A stretch of 64,000 nt of DNA. Origin: Longimicrobiales bacterium (GTDB lineage Bacteria > Gemmatimonadota > Gemmatimonadetes > Longimicrobiales > Gaopeijiaceae). The stretch lies in the NCBI GenBank assembly GCA_965116905.1, contig OZ220732.1, positions 256,001 through 320,000 on the forward strand, given 5' to 3'. This document shows positions 17,453 to 26,916 of this stretch, in pieces (the first letter of the stretch is position 1; every line of letters starts with the position of its first letter). The position numbers and the translations under genes are program-made. Under the pieces are notes generated by a model. The model was given only the letters and a program-made list of their open reading frames with translations, did no database searches and was not told the origin of the DNA.

Positions 17453-19021
17453 TCAGCGGGGCCGGGGTCGCAGCACCGCGACCGGCACGATCATCTCTTC
17501 CGGCGATATGCCGCCGTGGAGGAAGGAGTTGCGGTAGCGCCGCTGGTGTTCGCGCAGCTTGGTCGGGTAGACGAAGAAGCAGTCGTCCAGCGCGACCATG
17601 TAGTTCATCCGCAGGCTCCCGCGCGGAAGGCGCAGATCCGCTGCGCGCCTCGTCGTGAAGGCCGAACTCGGATCCTGCGCGCGCAGGTCGTTTCCCATTT
17701 TGTAGCGCAGGCTCGTGCTCGCGCCTCGTCGTGCGTAGATGGTCGCCGGACGGCGGCAGTGAATCGAGCCGTGGTCCGTGGTCAGCACCACCCGGTGTCC
17801 CTGGGCCGCCGCCTCCTTCAGCACGGCAAAGGCCGTCGACCGCTCGAACCAGGAGCGGGTGAGCTGCCTGAGGGCGGCTTCGTCCTTGGCCACTTCCATC
17901 AGAATGGGCGACTCGGAGCGGCCGTGGGTCATCAGGTCCACGAAGTTGAACACCACGGCGATCACACCGCCCTTGACCCGGGACGCCGACCTCAGCCGAC
18001 CTCGCACCTGCGCCTCGTTGCGATCGGTGAAGACCTTCTCGTAGTGGACCGGAACGGCGCGCCCCGTGAGTCTGTGCAACTGTTCCCTGAGGAGTTCGTC
18101 CTCGAAGGCGTTCAGCGACCCCTCGTCATCCGAGGCGTCCCACCATTCCGGCCGCGCCCGGGCGATCTCGTCGGGGAACAGGCCGGAGAAGATGGCGTTG
18201 CGCGCATACGGCGTCGCGGTCGGCAGGATGGAGTAGTGGTATCCTTCGTCCACATCGAAGAACTCGCCGATCAGCGGCGAGATGGCGCGCCACTGGTCCA
18301 GGCGCATGCAGTCCAGGACCACGAAGTAGACCGGATCCTTGCCGAGCAGCGGAAGCAGGCGCCGCTCGACCACGTCGACCGACAGTTCCGGACGGCCGGC
18401 GTCGCCCCTCATCCAGCGCGGATATACGCGCGCTACCCAGCGGCCGAAGTCATGCCGCAGGTCCTCCTGCAGAGACTCCACCGTTCCGAGGAGACCCGTC
18501 TCGCCGGACCGCTCCAGCCAAAGGTGCCAGTCGACGAGCTCCTGATACACACGCGCGAACGCCGAGGGGCTGGACGCCTGCTCGCGCATTCGGGACAGCG
18601 CCGGCCAACGGGCCGCGAAGTCCTGGGCTGCGCGCTGCTGCTGGATGGAGGACCCCTCCAGAATGCGGGTAACCACCGACAGCACCTGGCGAGGACTGGT
18701 GGGCTTCACCAGGTAGTCCTCCACGTGGCGTCCGATCGCCTCCGTCATCGTGCGGTCCTCTTCGGACTTCGTCACCATGACGACGCGTGCGTAGGGATCG
18801 TCGCGGCGGATGAGCTTCAGGACCTCCAGGCCGCGCCGGCCCGGCATCTGTTCGTCCAGCAGGATCAGGTCGTAGGTATGCCCGCGCAGAAGGGCCAGCG
18901 CGTCGTCGCCGTTGGTGATGGCGTCGACGTGATAGCCCCGCTGCTGAAGAAAGAGCAGGTGAGGACGGAGAAGGTCGATCTCGTCGTCCACCCATAGAAT
19001 CCGCTTGGCCGAACGTCGCAT
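17453..19021 (-). CDS. Response regulator receiver fused to PglZ/alkaline-phosphatase domain (PorX-like)
   Basis: ILWVDDE, LLDEQMPG, TKSEE; LDCMRLDQW, SILPTATPYARNAIFSG, TTDHG, HGGISPEEMIVP. Confidence 0.9.
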   Translation of the reverse strand: MRRSAKRILWVDDEIDLLRPHLLFLQQRGYHVDAITNGDDALALLRGHTYDLILLDEQMPGRRGLEVLKLIRRDDPYARVVMVTKSEEDRTMTEAIGRHVEDYLVKPTSPRQVLSVVTRILEGSSIQQQRAAQDFAARWPALSRMREQASSPSAFARVYQELVDWHLWLERSGETGLLGTVESLQEDLRHDFGRWVARVYPRWMRGDAGRPELSVDVVERRLLPLLGKDPVYFVVLDCMRLDQWRAISPLIGEFFDVDEGYHYSILPTATPYARNAIFSGLFPDEIARARPEWWDASDDEGSLNAFEDELLREQLHRLTGRAVPVHYEKVFTDRNEAQVRGRLRSASRVKGGVIAVVFNFVDLMTHGRSESPILMEVAKDEAALRQLTRSWFERSTAFAVLKEAAAQGHRVVLTTDHGSIHCRRPATIYARRGASTSLRYKMGNDLRAQDPSSAFTTRRAADLRLPRGSLRMNYMVALDDCFFVYPTKLREHQRRYRNSFLHGGISPEEMIVPVAVLRPRPR

Positions 19022-19097
19022 TACCGGAAGTTAGCACGGCTCGCGCCCCGCCGCCCCCACGGCGGCCGACAAGCGCAGTCGCGTGCCGGCGAAGCTG

Positions 19098-19757
19098 CTA
19101 CATGCTGATCGTATAGCGGAACCACGCCGCCACGGGTTCGCCGTTTTGCGTGCCCGGTCGAAAGATCCACTCGGCAGCTTCCCGAATCAGCTGGCGGTTG
19201 AAGCCCCGGTCCCGCGTTGCCGGATCCAGCCGGGTCGAGTCGGGAACGACCTGGCCGATCTCATCGACGAACACCCATACGTCGACCGTCGTCCCGCGGA
19301 GGCTCCTGTTGGCGGGCGGGATGATCATTCCGCGCGGCGTCGGGGGCATCACGCGCCGAAGTCCCTCTTCGGCGGTGCCACCGTCGCCCGCGCCGTCTCC
19401 GGTCTCCAGTCCCGGAGGCCCCGGGGGTCCGGGACGCTCCCCGAGCAGCGACGCGATCTCGATGACCGGTTCCGGTTCCAGGTCGACGACGTCCATTTCG
19501 ATTTCCACGGGCAGTGGAATCTCCGGCGGCCGGATCGGGCGGGGGGGCGGCACGACCACGTTGACGGACTGCATGCCGCCGGCGGCCGCCCGGTTGTCGC
19601 CTGCCTTCGGCCCCGCGGCCGCGAACGGCGACGGGGGGATGGGCGGCCCGCCCGCGATCAGCAGCACGGCAAGGTGCAGCAGCAGGGACACGACGAGCCC
19701 GCGCCTCCACATCGCCCGCTCCTGCTGGCGGCGACTCCTTACGTTGGCAACGTCCAT
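19098..19757 (-). CDS. TonB-like protein (TM anchor, Pro-rich linker, TonB_C-like domain)
   Basis: SLLLHLAVLL anchor, Pro-rich middle, VWVFVDEIGQV...WIFRPGTQNGEPV. Confidence 0.75.
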   Translation of the reverse strand: MDVANVRSRRQQERAMWRRGLVVSLLLHLAVLLIAGGPPIPPSPFAAAGPKAGDNRAAAGGMQSVNVVVPPPRPIRPPEIPLPVEIEMDVVDLEPEPVIEIASLLGERPGPPGPPGLETGDGAGDGGTAEEGLRRVMPPTPRGMIIPPANRSLRGTTVDVWVFVDEIGQVVPDSTRLDPATRDRGFNRQLIREAAEWIFRPGTQNGEPVAAWFRYTISM

Positions 19758-19774
19758 TTTCAGCCTGGGTGCTC

Positions 19775-19837
19775 GAATGCGGCCGGCCCCGCCCCGAATG
19801 CGGCCGGCCCTGCGCGGAATGCGGCCGGCCCTGCGCG
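19775..19837. repeat. 21-bp tandem repeat x3
   Basis: gaatgcggccggccc(c/t)gc(cc/gc)(c/g) x3 in a divergent intergenic region. Confidence 0.9.
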
Positions 19838-19937
19838 GATACGTTCCATACAACCGGGACGGGTGCAGAGTTTCGCACCCGGCGGCGACCACGCATCTTC
19901 CAACGAACCGCCCCTTGCCATAAGGAGAGAACTCTTC

Positions 19938-20729
19938 GTGAACCTCGGACTGAAAGATAGGGCAGCGCTCGTCACCGGCGCATCGAAGGGACTCGGCCGG
20001 GCAGTCGCGGAGAGGCTGGCCCGAGAGGGGGCGGATGTCCTGATCAACTCGAGGTCCCCCGGAGCGCTCGAAGCCACGGCAGCCGAGATCGCGCGGGATT
20101 CCGGCCGGCGGGTCGTGGCCGCCGCCGGCAGCGTCGCCGACGAGGCGTTCTGTTCGCACCTGGTAGAGCGCGCGGTTTCCGCGTTCGGACGCCTCGACAT
20201 TCTGGTCGCCAACGCCGGCGGTCCACCGCCCGGGGGCGTCGACGACTTCACCCCCGAGGCCTACAGAGCGGCCCTGGACCTGAACCTCATGTCCACTGTC
20301 CAGCTTACCCTGGCTGCCCTGCCGGAGATGCGGAGGAACGGCTGGGGGCGAATCGTGGCGATCACCTCGGTCGCCGTGAAGCAACCGGTCGACAACCTGC
20401 TGCTTTCGAACACCGCGCGCCCGGGCGTCGTAGGGTTCATCAAGACCATATCCCGGGATCTGGCCGCCGAAGGGATTCTCTGCAACGTCGCGGCGCCGGG
20501 CTTCATCCACACGGCCCGGGTCGAGTCTCTTCTGGCCACGCAGGCCGAGGCAAGGGGGACGAGCCGCGAGACCGTGCTCGAGGGGATCGCGGCCGACATC
20601 CCCGCCGGACGGATCGGAAGGCCCGAGGAGTTCGCGAACGGGGTCGTGTTCCTCGCGTCCGAGGCCGCGTCCTACATCACCGGACACACAATGCAGATCG
20701 ACGGCGGGCTCGTGCAGGGATTGCTGTGA
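19938..20729 (+). CDS. SDR family oxidoreductase
   Basis: LVTGASKGLG, ILVANAGGPP, APGFIHT, SYITG; SD AAGGAG. Confidence 0.93.
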   Translation: MNLGLKDRAALVTGASKGLGRAVAERLAREGADVLINSRSPGALEATAAEIARDSGRRVVAAAGSVADEAFCSHLVERAVSAFGRLDILVANAGGPPPGGVDDFTPEAYRAALDLNLMSTVQLTLAALPEMRRNGWGRIVAITSVAVKQPVDNLLLSNTARPGVVGFIKTISRDLAAEGILCNVAAPGFIHTARVESLLATQAEARGTSRETVLEGIAADIPAGRIGRPEEFANGVVFLASEAASYITGHTMQIDGGLVQGLL

Positions 20730-20766
20730 CGATGGATTGCGGCAGGATCCGCGGGCGGCCCGGGCG

Positions 20767-21648
20767 ATGAGCATCGAAGAGCGCATTCAGGCGGCCGGGG
20801 GCGGGCGGGCAGGTGCATACCTGGAGCTGACCAAGCCCGGAATCACGGCATTCGTCACGATCACGGCCCTGGCCAGCTACCTGGTGGCCGCCTTGCCCGA
20901 CGTCCTCTACTTCGACCTGTTCCACCTCGCGCTCGGGACCGCGCTCAGCACCGCCGGATCGCTGGCCCTGAACCAATACCTCGAGCGCGCCCCGGATGCG
21001 GTCATGATCCGCACCATGGGGCGCCCGATCCCGTCCGGCAGAATCCCGCACGCGCACGCCGGATTCTTCGGGTGGGCCCTGCTGCTCGCCGGCGTGGGGC
21101 ACATCTGGTTCTGGCTGGGCTGGCTGCCCGCGCTGGTCACGGCGATGGCGGCCCTGCTCTACGATGCCGTCTACACCCCGCTCAAACTTCGGTCTCCGCT
21201 GGCGACCCCGGTCGGGGCGGTCCCCGGCGCCCTGCCCGCGCTCATCGGCTGGACGGCCCACACCGGAAGCATCGACGCCCGTGGCGTGACCCTCTTCGGC
21301 ATCCTCTTCCTTTGGCAACTCATCCACGTCCTGGCCCTCGGCTGGAATCTGCGGACGGACTACGAGCGCGCCGGTTTCCAGCTCATTCCGCCCGGGTCTG
21401 CGGCGCTGGTCGCCGGCCTGATGGTTGGGTACGCCGCGCTTCTGGCACTGGTGAGTGTTCTGCCCACCGTTCTCGGGATGGCCGGCAGCGGCTACCTCGG
21501 GGCCGCGATCGTGCTCGGTGCGGGGATGGTCGCGGTCGCGGTCGCGTTCCTGCACAACCCCACGAGGCGGAACTGCAATCGCGTGTTCGTGGGCTCGCTG
21601 CTGTATCACCCCCTGCTCCTCGGCACGATGGTCGCCGGGGCCCTCTGA
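20767..21648 (+). CDS. cyoE: Protoheme IX farnesyltransferase (heme o synthase)
   Basis: YLELTKP, LNQYLER..D..M.RT..RPIPSGRI, YTPLK, GAVPGALPALIGW, FLWQLIH. Confidence 0.9.
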   Translation: MSIEERIQAAGGGRAGAYLELTKPGITAFVTITALASYLVAALPDVLYFDLFHLALGTALSTAGSLALNQYLERAPDAVMIRTMGRPIPSGRIPHAHAGFFGWALLLAGVGHIWFWLGWLPALVTAMAALLYDAVYTPLKLRSPLATPVGAVPGALPALIGWTAHTGSIDARGVTLFGILFLWQLIHVLALGWNLRTDYERAGFQLIPPGSAALVAGLMVGYAALLALVSVLPTVLGMAGSGYLGAAIVLGAGMVAVAVAFLHNPTRRNCNRVFVGSLLYHPLLLGTMVAGAL

Positions 21649-21674
21649 CAGACTGCCTGCTCCCGGAGATCGAA

Positions 21675-22874
21675 ATGCCCCGACCAGTCCGGCATCCGCG
21701 CCAACCCGCCGCTTCGCTCAGCCCGGCCACGATGGCGGCATGGGCGGTTCTGCTCCTGTCCACCAGCTTCCTTGAATCCGCCATGGCTCAACAGACCGCC
21801 AGACCCCGCGCCCGCGACCTGGGAATCACCGTCGGGGTCTTCGAACCCGGACAGCACAATGCCATCACCGATGTCGGGGGCGTCCTGGTGGGCCAGGTCA
21901 CCCGGATCGCAGGCGACGACATCCGCACCGGCGTGACGGCCATCCGGCCGCACGGCGGCAACCTCTACTTCAACCGCGTCCCGGCCGCCATGTACGTCGG
22001 CAACGGCTTTGGCAAGCTGCTGGGCGTGACACAGGTACGGGAACTGGGCGAACTGGAGACCCCCATCCTGCTGACCTGCACCCTGTGCGTGTGGAAGGCG
22101 GCCGACGCAATGGTCGAATGGGCGCTGGAGATGGAGGGCATGGAACGCGTCCGCTCCATAAACCCCGTGGTCGGCGAGACGAACGACGGGGGCCTGAACG
22201 ACATTCGCAATCGTCCCATCGGTCCCGGGCACGTCCGGGCGGCGCTCGACGGCGCCATGCCCGGTCCGGTCGAGGAGGGGGCGGTCGGTGCGGGCACGGG
22301 CACGTCGGCGTTCGGTTGGAAGGGAGGGATCGGCAGCAGTTCGCGGGTGCTGCCCGAGTCCCTCGGCGGGTACACGGTGGGGGTGCTGGTCCAGTCCAAT
22401 TTCGGCGGCATCCTGCAGATCGCGGGGGCGCCGGTCGGACGGGAGCTCGGCCGATACGCCTTTCGCAACCAGGTGGAGGAGCGTGATGGCGAGTCGCAGG
22501 GCTCGATCATGATGGTCGTGGCGACCGATGCGCCGCTCTCGGAGCGCAACCTCGAACGCCTGGCGATGCGGGCCGTCATGGGGCTGTCGCGAACCGGATC
22601 CTTTGCCAGCAACGGATCGGGGGACTACGTGCTGAGCTTTTCCACCGCTCCCGGCGTGCGACGGCGGCCGGGAGACGAGGTGCGAACGGTCGAGGACCTC
22701 GCCAACGACCGCATGTCGGCGCTCTTTCAGGCGACGGTGGAATCCACGGAAGAGGCGATCTACAACTCGATGTTCAAGGCGGAGACCGTCAGCAGCCGTT
22801 TCGGGACGCGCGAGGCACTCCCGATCGACGAGACGGTGGAGGTCCTGCGCCGCTACGGCGTGATTCGGGAGTGA
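21675..22874 (+). CDS. DmpA/S58 (P1) family aminopeptidase
   Basis: RARDLGI, NAITDV, NGFGK, PVVGETND, GAGTG, KGGIGSSS, QGSI, NGSGDY. Confidence 0.93.
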   Translation: MPRPVRHPRQPAASLSPATMAAWAVLLLSTSFLESAMAQQTARPRARDLGITVGVFEPGQHNAITDVGGVLVGQVTRIAGDDIRTGVTAIRPHGGNLYFNRVPAAMYVGNGFGKLLGVTQVRELGELETPILLTCTLCVWKAADAMVEWALEMEGMERVRSINPVVGETNDGGLNDIRNRPIGPGHVRAALDGAMPGPVEEGAVGAGTGTSAFGWKGGIGSSSRVLPESLGGYTVGVLVQSNFGGILQIAGAPVGRELGRYAFRNQVEERDGESQGSIMMVVATDAPLSERNLERLAMRAVMGLSRTGSFASNGSGDYVLSFSTAPGVRRRPGDEVRTVEDLANDRMSALFQATVESTEEAIYNSMFKAETVSSRFGTREALPIDETVEVLRRYGVIRE

Positions 22875-22880
22875 CTTCGC

Positions 22881-24449
22881 TCACTTCACGAGCACCTGCC
22901 CGGCCTGAACTCCGGTGAACGCCGAGCTGAGGATCGCCGCCTCGCCGCCCACGAACAGGTGGACGACTCCGGACGACAGCTGGTGCGGCTCGGTAAAGGT
23001 CGCGTTGTCCCTGAAGTAGTCGGAGAACACCACGAGGTCCGCGACCATGCCCTCCTCGATCCGGCCGCGGTCCTCCATCCCCATCACTTCAGCGGGAAGC
23101 GCCGTCATGCTGCGCACCGCCGCCTCCACGGACATCACTTCGTCCTGGAAGACGAACTTGCCGATCTTGCGGGCGAATGCTCCATAGGACCGCGGATGCG
23201 GCACGCCCACGCCAAACAGCGGGAGCCCGCCGTCCGACGATGTCATCGTCCACTCACGGGTCATCAGGGTCAACAGGTCCTCCTCGCTCATGTTGAAGGA
23301 GACGATGGAGGGGCCGCCCTGAAGAATGAGTTCGAGTGCGACGTCGATGGGGTCCGCGTCGCGTTCCGCCGCAAGATCGGACAGCAGGCGTCCTTCGATG
23401 GAAGGGTCCTCCTCGAAGCGGCGGAACTGGATCCGGTCCGCGCCACCCCTGCGCGCGAGGTTCTCGACCATGGCCTCGCGGATTCGCGCGCGGGTGTCGC
23501 GGTCGGCCACCCGTTCCGCAAAGGCTCCGCTGCCCCCGGCCTGGGACCAGCGCGGAAGCAGTGCCGCCGACAGCCCGGTTGCCGAAGCCAGATAGGGGTA
23601 CTGGTCGGCATACACCGGCAGCCCTTCGTCGCGCGCGGTCTCGATACGCTCCACCATGGCTGCCGAGGAACCCCAGACGGGCGGGCCGAGCGCCTTGATG
23701 TGGGTCACAACGCCGGTAATCCCGGTCTGCCGGCTCACGTCGATGACCTCCTCGACCGCGGCCAGCACACCGATCGTGTAGTTCGATTCATCGCGGATAT
23801 GGCTCGTGTAGATGCCGCCGAATTCCGCGGCCACACGGGCCAGTTCGACCAGCTCCGCGTTCTCCGAATAGCTGCCGGGCGTGTAGAACGTGCCGGACGA
23901 CAGGCCCCACCCGCCCGCCTCCATTCCGGCCCGGACAAGCGCGCGCATCTCGTCCAGCTCGGCCTCCGTGGGAGCGCGGTCGTCGCTGGACATGACCCGC
24001 CCGCGCACCGACCCATGGCCGACGAGCTGGGCGACGTTCACCCCAAGGCCTTCTTCTTCCAGATCGGCGCGCTGTTCCACGAGGTCGACGGGACCGCCGC
24101 CATCCGGGTTCACCACGACCGTAGTCAGTCCCTGGGCCAGGAGTGGCTCCCCGTGACTGAGCTCGGCGGTCGCGAGCCCCGGTCCCGCGTGCGAGTGCGT
24201 ATCGATGAATCCCGGCGCGACGTACAGGCCGGTCACGTCGAGGATGGTCGTGGCAGCGGCGTCACTCAGGTCACCCACCCCCGCGACGAGGCCGTTGCGC
24301 ACACCGACATCCGCCACGACCGGGGGTGATCCCGTCCCATCCACGACACGGCCGCCCTGGAGGACGAGGTCGTAGGGGGCGGGCGAGCACGCCGCGAGGA
24401 AGGGCACGGAAAGGAGGGCGGCGGCTGTCGTTCTGAAGAGCGGCTTCAT
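22881..24449 (-). CDS. N-acyl-D-amino-acid deacylase / amidohydrolase lipoprotein
   Basis: Lipobox LAAC; PGFIDTHSH, SHIRDE, THIK, SSDG, HPRSYG, ADLVVF. Confidence 0.9.
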   Translation of the reverse strand: MKPLFRTTAAALLSVPFLAACSPAPYDLVLQGGRVVDGTGSPPVVADVGVRNGLVAGVGDLSDAAATTILDVTGLYVAPGFIDTHSHAGPGLATAELSHGEPLLAQGLTTVVVNPDGGGPVDLVEQRADLEEEGLGVNVAQLVGHGSVRGRVMSSDDRAPTEAELDEMRALVRAGMEAGGWGLSSGTFYTPGSYSENAELVELARVAAEFGGIYTSHIRDESNYTIGVLAAVEEVIDVSRQTGITGVVTHIKALGPPVWGSSAAMVERIETARDEGLPVYADQYPYLASATGLSAALLPRWSQAGGSGAFAERVADRDTRARIREAMVENLARRGGADRIQFRRFEEDPSIEGRLLSDLAAERDADPIDVALELILQGGPSIVSFNMSEEDLLTLMTREWTMTSSDGGLPLFGVGVPHPRSYGAFARKIGKFVFQDEVMSVEAAVRSMTALPAEVMGMEDRGRIEEGMVADLVVFSDYFRDNATFTEPHQLSSGVVHLFVGGEAAILSSAFTGVQAGQVLVK

Positions 24450-24551
24450 CGTGCTACTCCGGATGATGAGGACGGTGCGACGGTTAGATTGTGCAGGTCG
24501 TCATGGCTGCCGTCCATGTCTTGCCACCGTCCACGTTCGCAGGAAGGCCCC

Positions 24552-25208
24552 ATGAGAATCCGTTGGACCGCCTTGCTGGCGGCCGCGCTACCCGTGCTCG
24601 CGAGCCCGGGCGCCGCTGCCCAGGTCACTCTCGGGATCGGCGTGGGCGCCAGCTCATCGGAGTTGATCGTGACCGGCCTTGCGATCGACTCCCAGGAGCC
24701 TCGCCGCGGCCCCGCGCTGTCGCTGTCGGCGGCGGTTCCCCTGTCCCGGCGATTCGGCGTCGAGTTCGCTGCCGGCCATATCCGGCGCGGCTCCACCTCG
24801 ACCTTGCTGCAACTCGGCGATGTCGACTACAGGATCCAGTATCTCCAGTTCTCGGCCCTGGGCAAGGCGAGCGTACCCGTGATCGGCGAGCGCTTGTCGG
24901 TTCACCTCCTCGCGGGTCCCGCGCTCCGCCTCGAGACCTCCTGCGAGCGGGAAGCGAGGCTCGTGCTGCAGCCGATCACCTACCTGGTGGAATGCGACGC
25001 TCCCGAAGCCGACTCGAGGACCGCGGCCGTCGACTATGCAGTGCTTGGAGGCGTCGGCGCCGGCCTGGCCACAACGTCGCGGCTGGGATTCAGGGTCGAT
25101 TTCATCTACTCACGCGGCCTCCGGTCCTTCTTCGAGAGCGCAACGGAAACCACCGCCAGGAATCGTGCCATTACGCTCCAGGCCGGGCTGGATTTCCCTA
25201 TCGGCTAG
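24552..25208 (+). CDS. Outer-membrane beta-barrel protein (PorT/porin-like)
   Basis: Signal peptide, alternating amphipathic strands, RIQYLQF, C-terminal LQAGLDFPI. Confidence 0.7.
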   Translation: MRIRWTALLAAALPVLASPGAAAQVTLGIGVGASSSELIVTGLAIDSQEPRRGPALSLSAAVPLSRRFGVEFAAGHIRRGSTSTLLQLGDVDYRIQYLQFSALGKASVPVIGERLSVHLLAGPALRLETSCEREARLVLQPITYLVECDAPEADSRTAAVDYAVLGGVGAGLATTSRLGFRVDFIYSRGLRSFFESATETTARNRAITLQAGLDFPIG

Positions 25209-26916
25209 GCACGATCGCGGCGCCCTCCCAGTCGGGATCGGCCACCCCCACCTTCTCGCCCGTCTCGCCGTTCACCCAGATGCCGTGAATCCGCCCGAAG
25301 GCGCCATCCCGCTCGACTTCCTGGACCTCCATGCCCCACGACTCGACTTCGGCGACCACCTCGGGCGACCATCCGATCCCGGGTGACGTCTCCATGGCGA
25401 TGCCCCCGTCGATCGGGTGGACCCGGGCCGCGGCCAGCGCATCGGGAAGGCTCATGCCCTGGTCGACGACGCGCAGGACGGCCTGCACCACCGCCGAGAT
25501 GATCCTCGCGCCGCCCGCCGCTCCGAGGACCAGCACGGGCTCGCCGTCCCGCACGACCATCAGCGGAGAGATGCTGGAGCGCGCCCGCTCACCGGGCTCC
25601 ATGTAGCCCAGGTAGCCGCCCAGCGTGGCCGCGTAGAGGAAACCCAGCCCCGGCGTCGCGACCTTCGAGCCGAGATTCGGACCGATGGTTTGCGTCAGCG
25701 CAACGTACATGCCGGCGCCGTCGGCCGCCGACAGGTGGGTCGTGTGCCCGTGCGCCGGCCCCCAGCCCGCGTCGTCCCAGTCGGCCGCGGCCAGAAGCAC
25801 ATCGGCGGCCGCAGGGGACCCGGCGGCCGCAGCCGCTCGGCGTACCGCGCCCGGGACCTCCAGCTCGGCCGCCATGTCCGCCGCCCAGCCCTTGTCGGTC
25901 ATGAAGGCCAGGTCGCCGCTCCCGCTTGCCCGCGCCTCGGCGCGCTCCGAGAATGCCTGGGCGACCGCCGCGCCCACGAGACCGGCCCAACTGTCGTGAT
26001 CCAGCGCACTCATGTCGAAGTTCTCGAGCATGTGCAGGATTCCGATCGTGACCGCGCCGGAAGCCGGGATGTCCGTGCCCACGAGGTCGTAGCCGCGGTA
26101 GCTCCCGCGCACGACGGGGGCGTCCACCGCCTGGTAGTCCGCCAGCGACCGGGCGGTCACCGCTCCCCCATGCGCCTCCATGTCCGCCACGATCCGCTCG
26201 GCGATCGCACCGCGGTAGAACGCGTCCGCGCCGCCCCGGGCGATGGCGCGCAGGGTCGCCGCGAGGTCCGGCTGGACGAAGAGGTCGCCGGCGGCGCGCG
26301 CTTCACCGCTCGGCGTCAGGTAGTGGGCGCGTGAACCCTCGAATTCGGCGAGCTGGTCGACGCCCGCCCCGTGACGCGCCGCTTCGCCGGGAAGAAGCCG
26401 GAACCCTTCCTCGGCCAGCGCGATCGCCGGCTCCATCACCTCTTCCAGCGACTTCGTGCCATGCTCGCGCAGGAGCTTTGTGAGTCCGGCGACGGCCCCC
26501 GGCACACCCACCGTCGGATACCCGTACGACGCCTGCGGCGCCGTCTCCGGATCGTACGTCGCTGGCGCCTGGGTGGTCGCGTCGATCCCGGCGAAGGTCC
26601 CGTCCGGCAGTCGCAACAGGATCTGGGTCCGGCCCCCGATGCTGTTCATGGACGGCTCCACAACCGATACGGCAAAGGCCGCCGCCACGGCCGCGTCAGC
26701 CGCGTTCCCGCCCGCCCGAAGCATCTCCGCGCCCGCCTCCGCCGCCAGCGGCTGCGCCGCAACCACCACACCGTCCGTCGACGACGCCACCTGCGGCGCC
26801 ACGGCCTCCGCCGCACCCGGCGCGCTGTCCGCAGGCGCGCAACTCCACACGCCCACCACCGCCACCGCAAACGCGCCGACCGCGCGCCAATGTCTCCGGT
26901 CGAACAGGTCGAACAT
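25198..26916 (-). CDS. ggt: Gamma-glutamyltransferase family protein
   Basis: GGNAADAAVA, VVEP, VGVPG, QPDLAATL, HTTHLS, RSSISP, GAAGGARI; ATG overlaps the upstream stop (TGATG). Confidence 0.9.
   Translation of the reverse strand: MFDLFDRRHWRAVGAFAVAVVGVWSCAPADSAPGAAEAVAPQVASSTDGVVVAAQPLAAEAGAEMLRAGGNAADAAVAAAFAVSVVEPSMNSIGGRTQILLRLPDGTFAGIDATTQAPATYDPETAPQASYGYPTVGVPGAVAGLTKLLREHGTKSLEEVMEPAIALAEEGFRLLPGEAARHGAGVDQLAEFEGSRAHYLTPSGEARAAGDLFVQPDLAATLRAIARGGADAFYRGAIAERIVADMEAHGGAVTARSLADYQAVDAPVVRGSYRGYDLVGTDIPASGAVTIGILHMLENFDMSALDHDSWAGLVGAAVAQAFSERAEARASGSGDLAFMTDKGWAADMAAELEVPGAVRRAAAAAGSPAAADVLLAAADWDDAGWGPAHGHTTHLSAADGAGMYVALTQTIGPNLGSKVATPGLGFLYAATLGGYLGYMEPGERARSSISPLMVVRDGEPVLVLGAAGGARIISAVVQAVLRVVDQGMSLPDALAAARVHPIDGGIAMETSPGIGWSPEVVAEVESWGMEVQEVERDGAFGRIHGIWVNGETGEKVGVADPDWEGAAIVPSR

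Noticed and set aside
17453..19021. BREX phage-defence locus based on the PglZ domain
   Set aside because: The domain is fused to a receiver (PorX architecture) and no brxC/pglX/brxL genes are nearby.
19775..19837. CRISPR array (also considered for the other short repeats)
   Set aside because: The units are head-to-tail with no unique spacers, and there are no cas genes.
19848..19875. ECF-sigma promoter GAAAC-N16-TTGTA upstream of the TonB-like gene
   Set aside because: Plausible but a single short match. It cannot be supported without the cognate sigma consensus.
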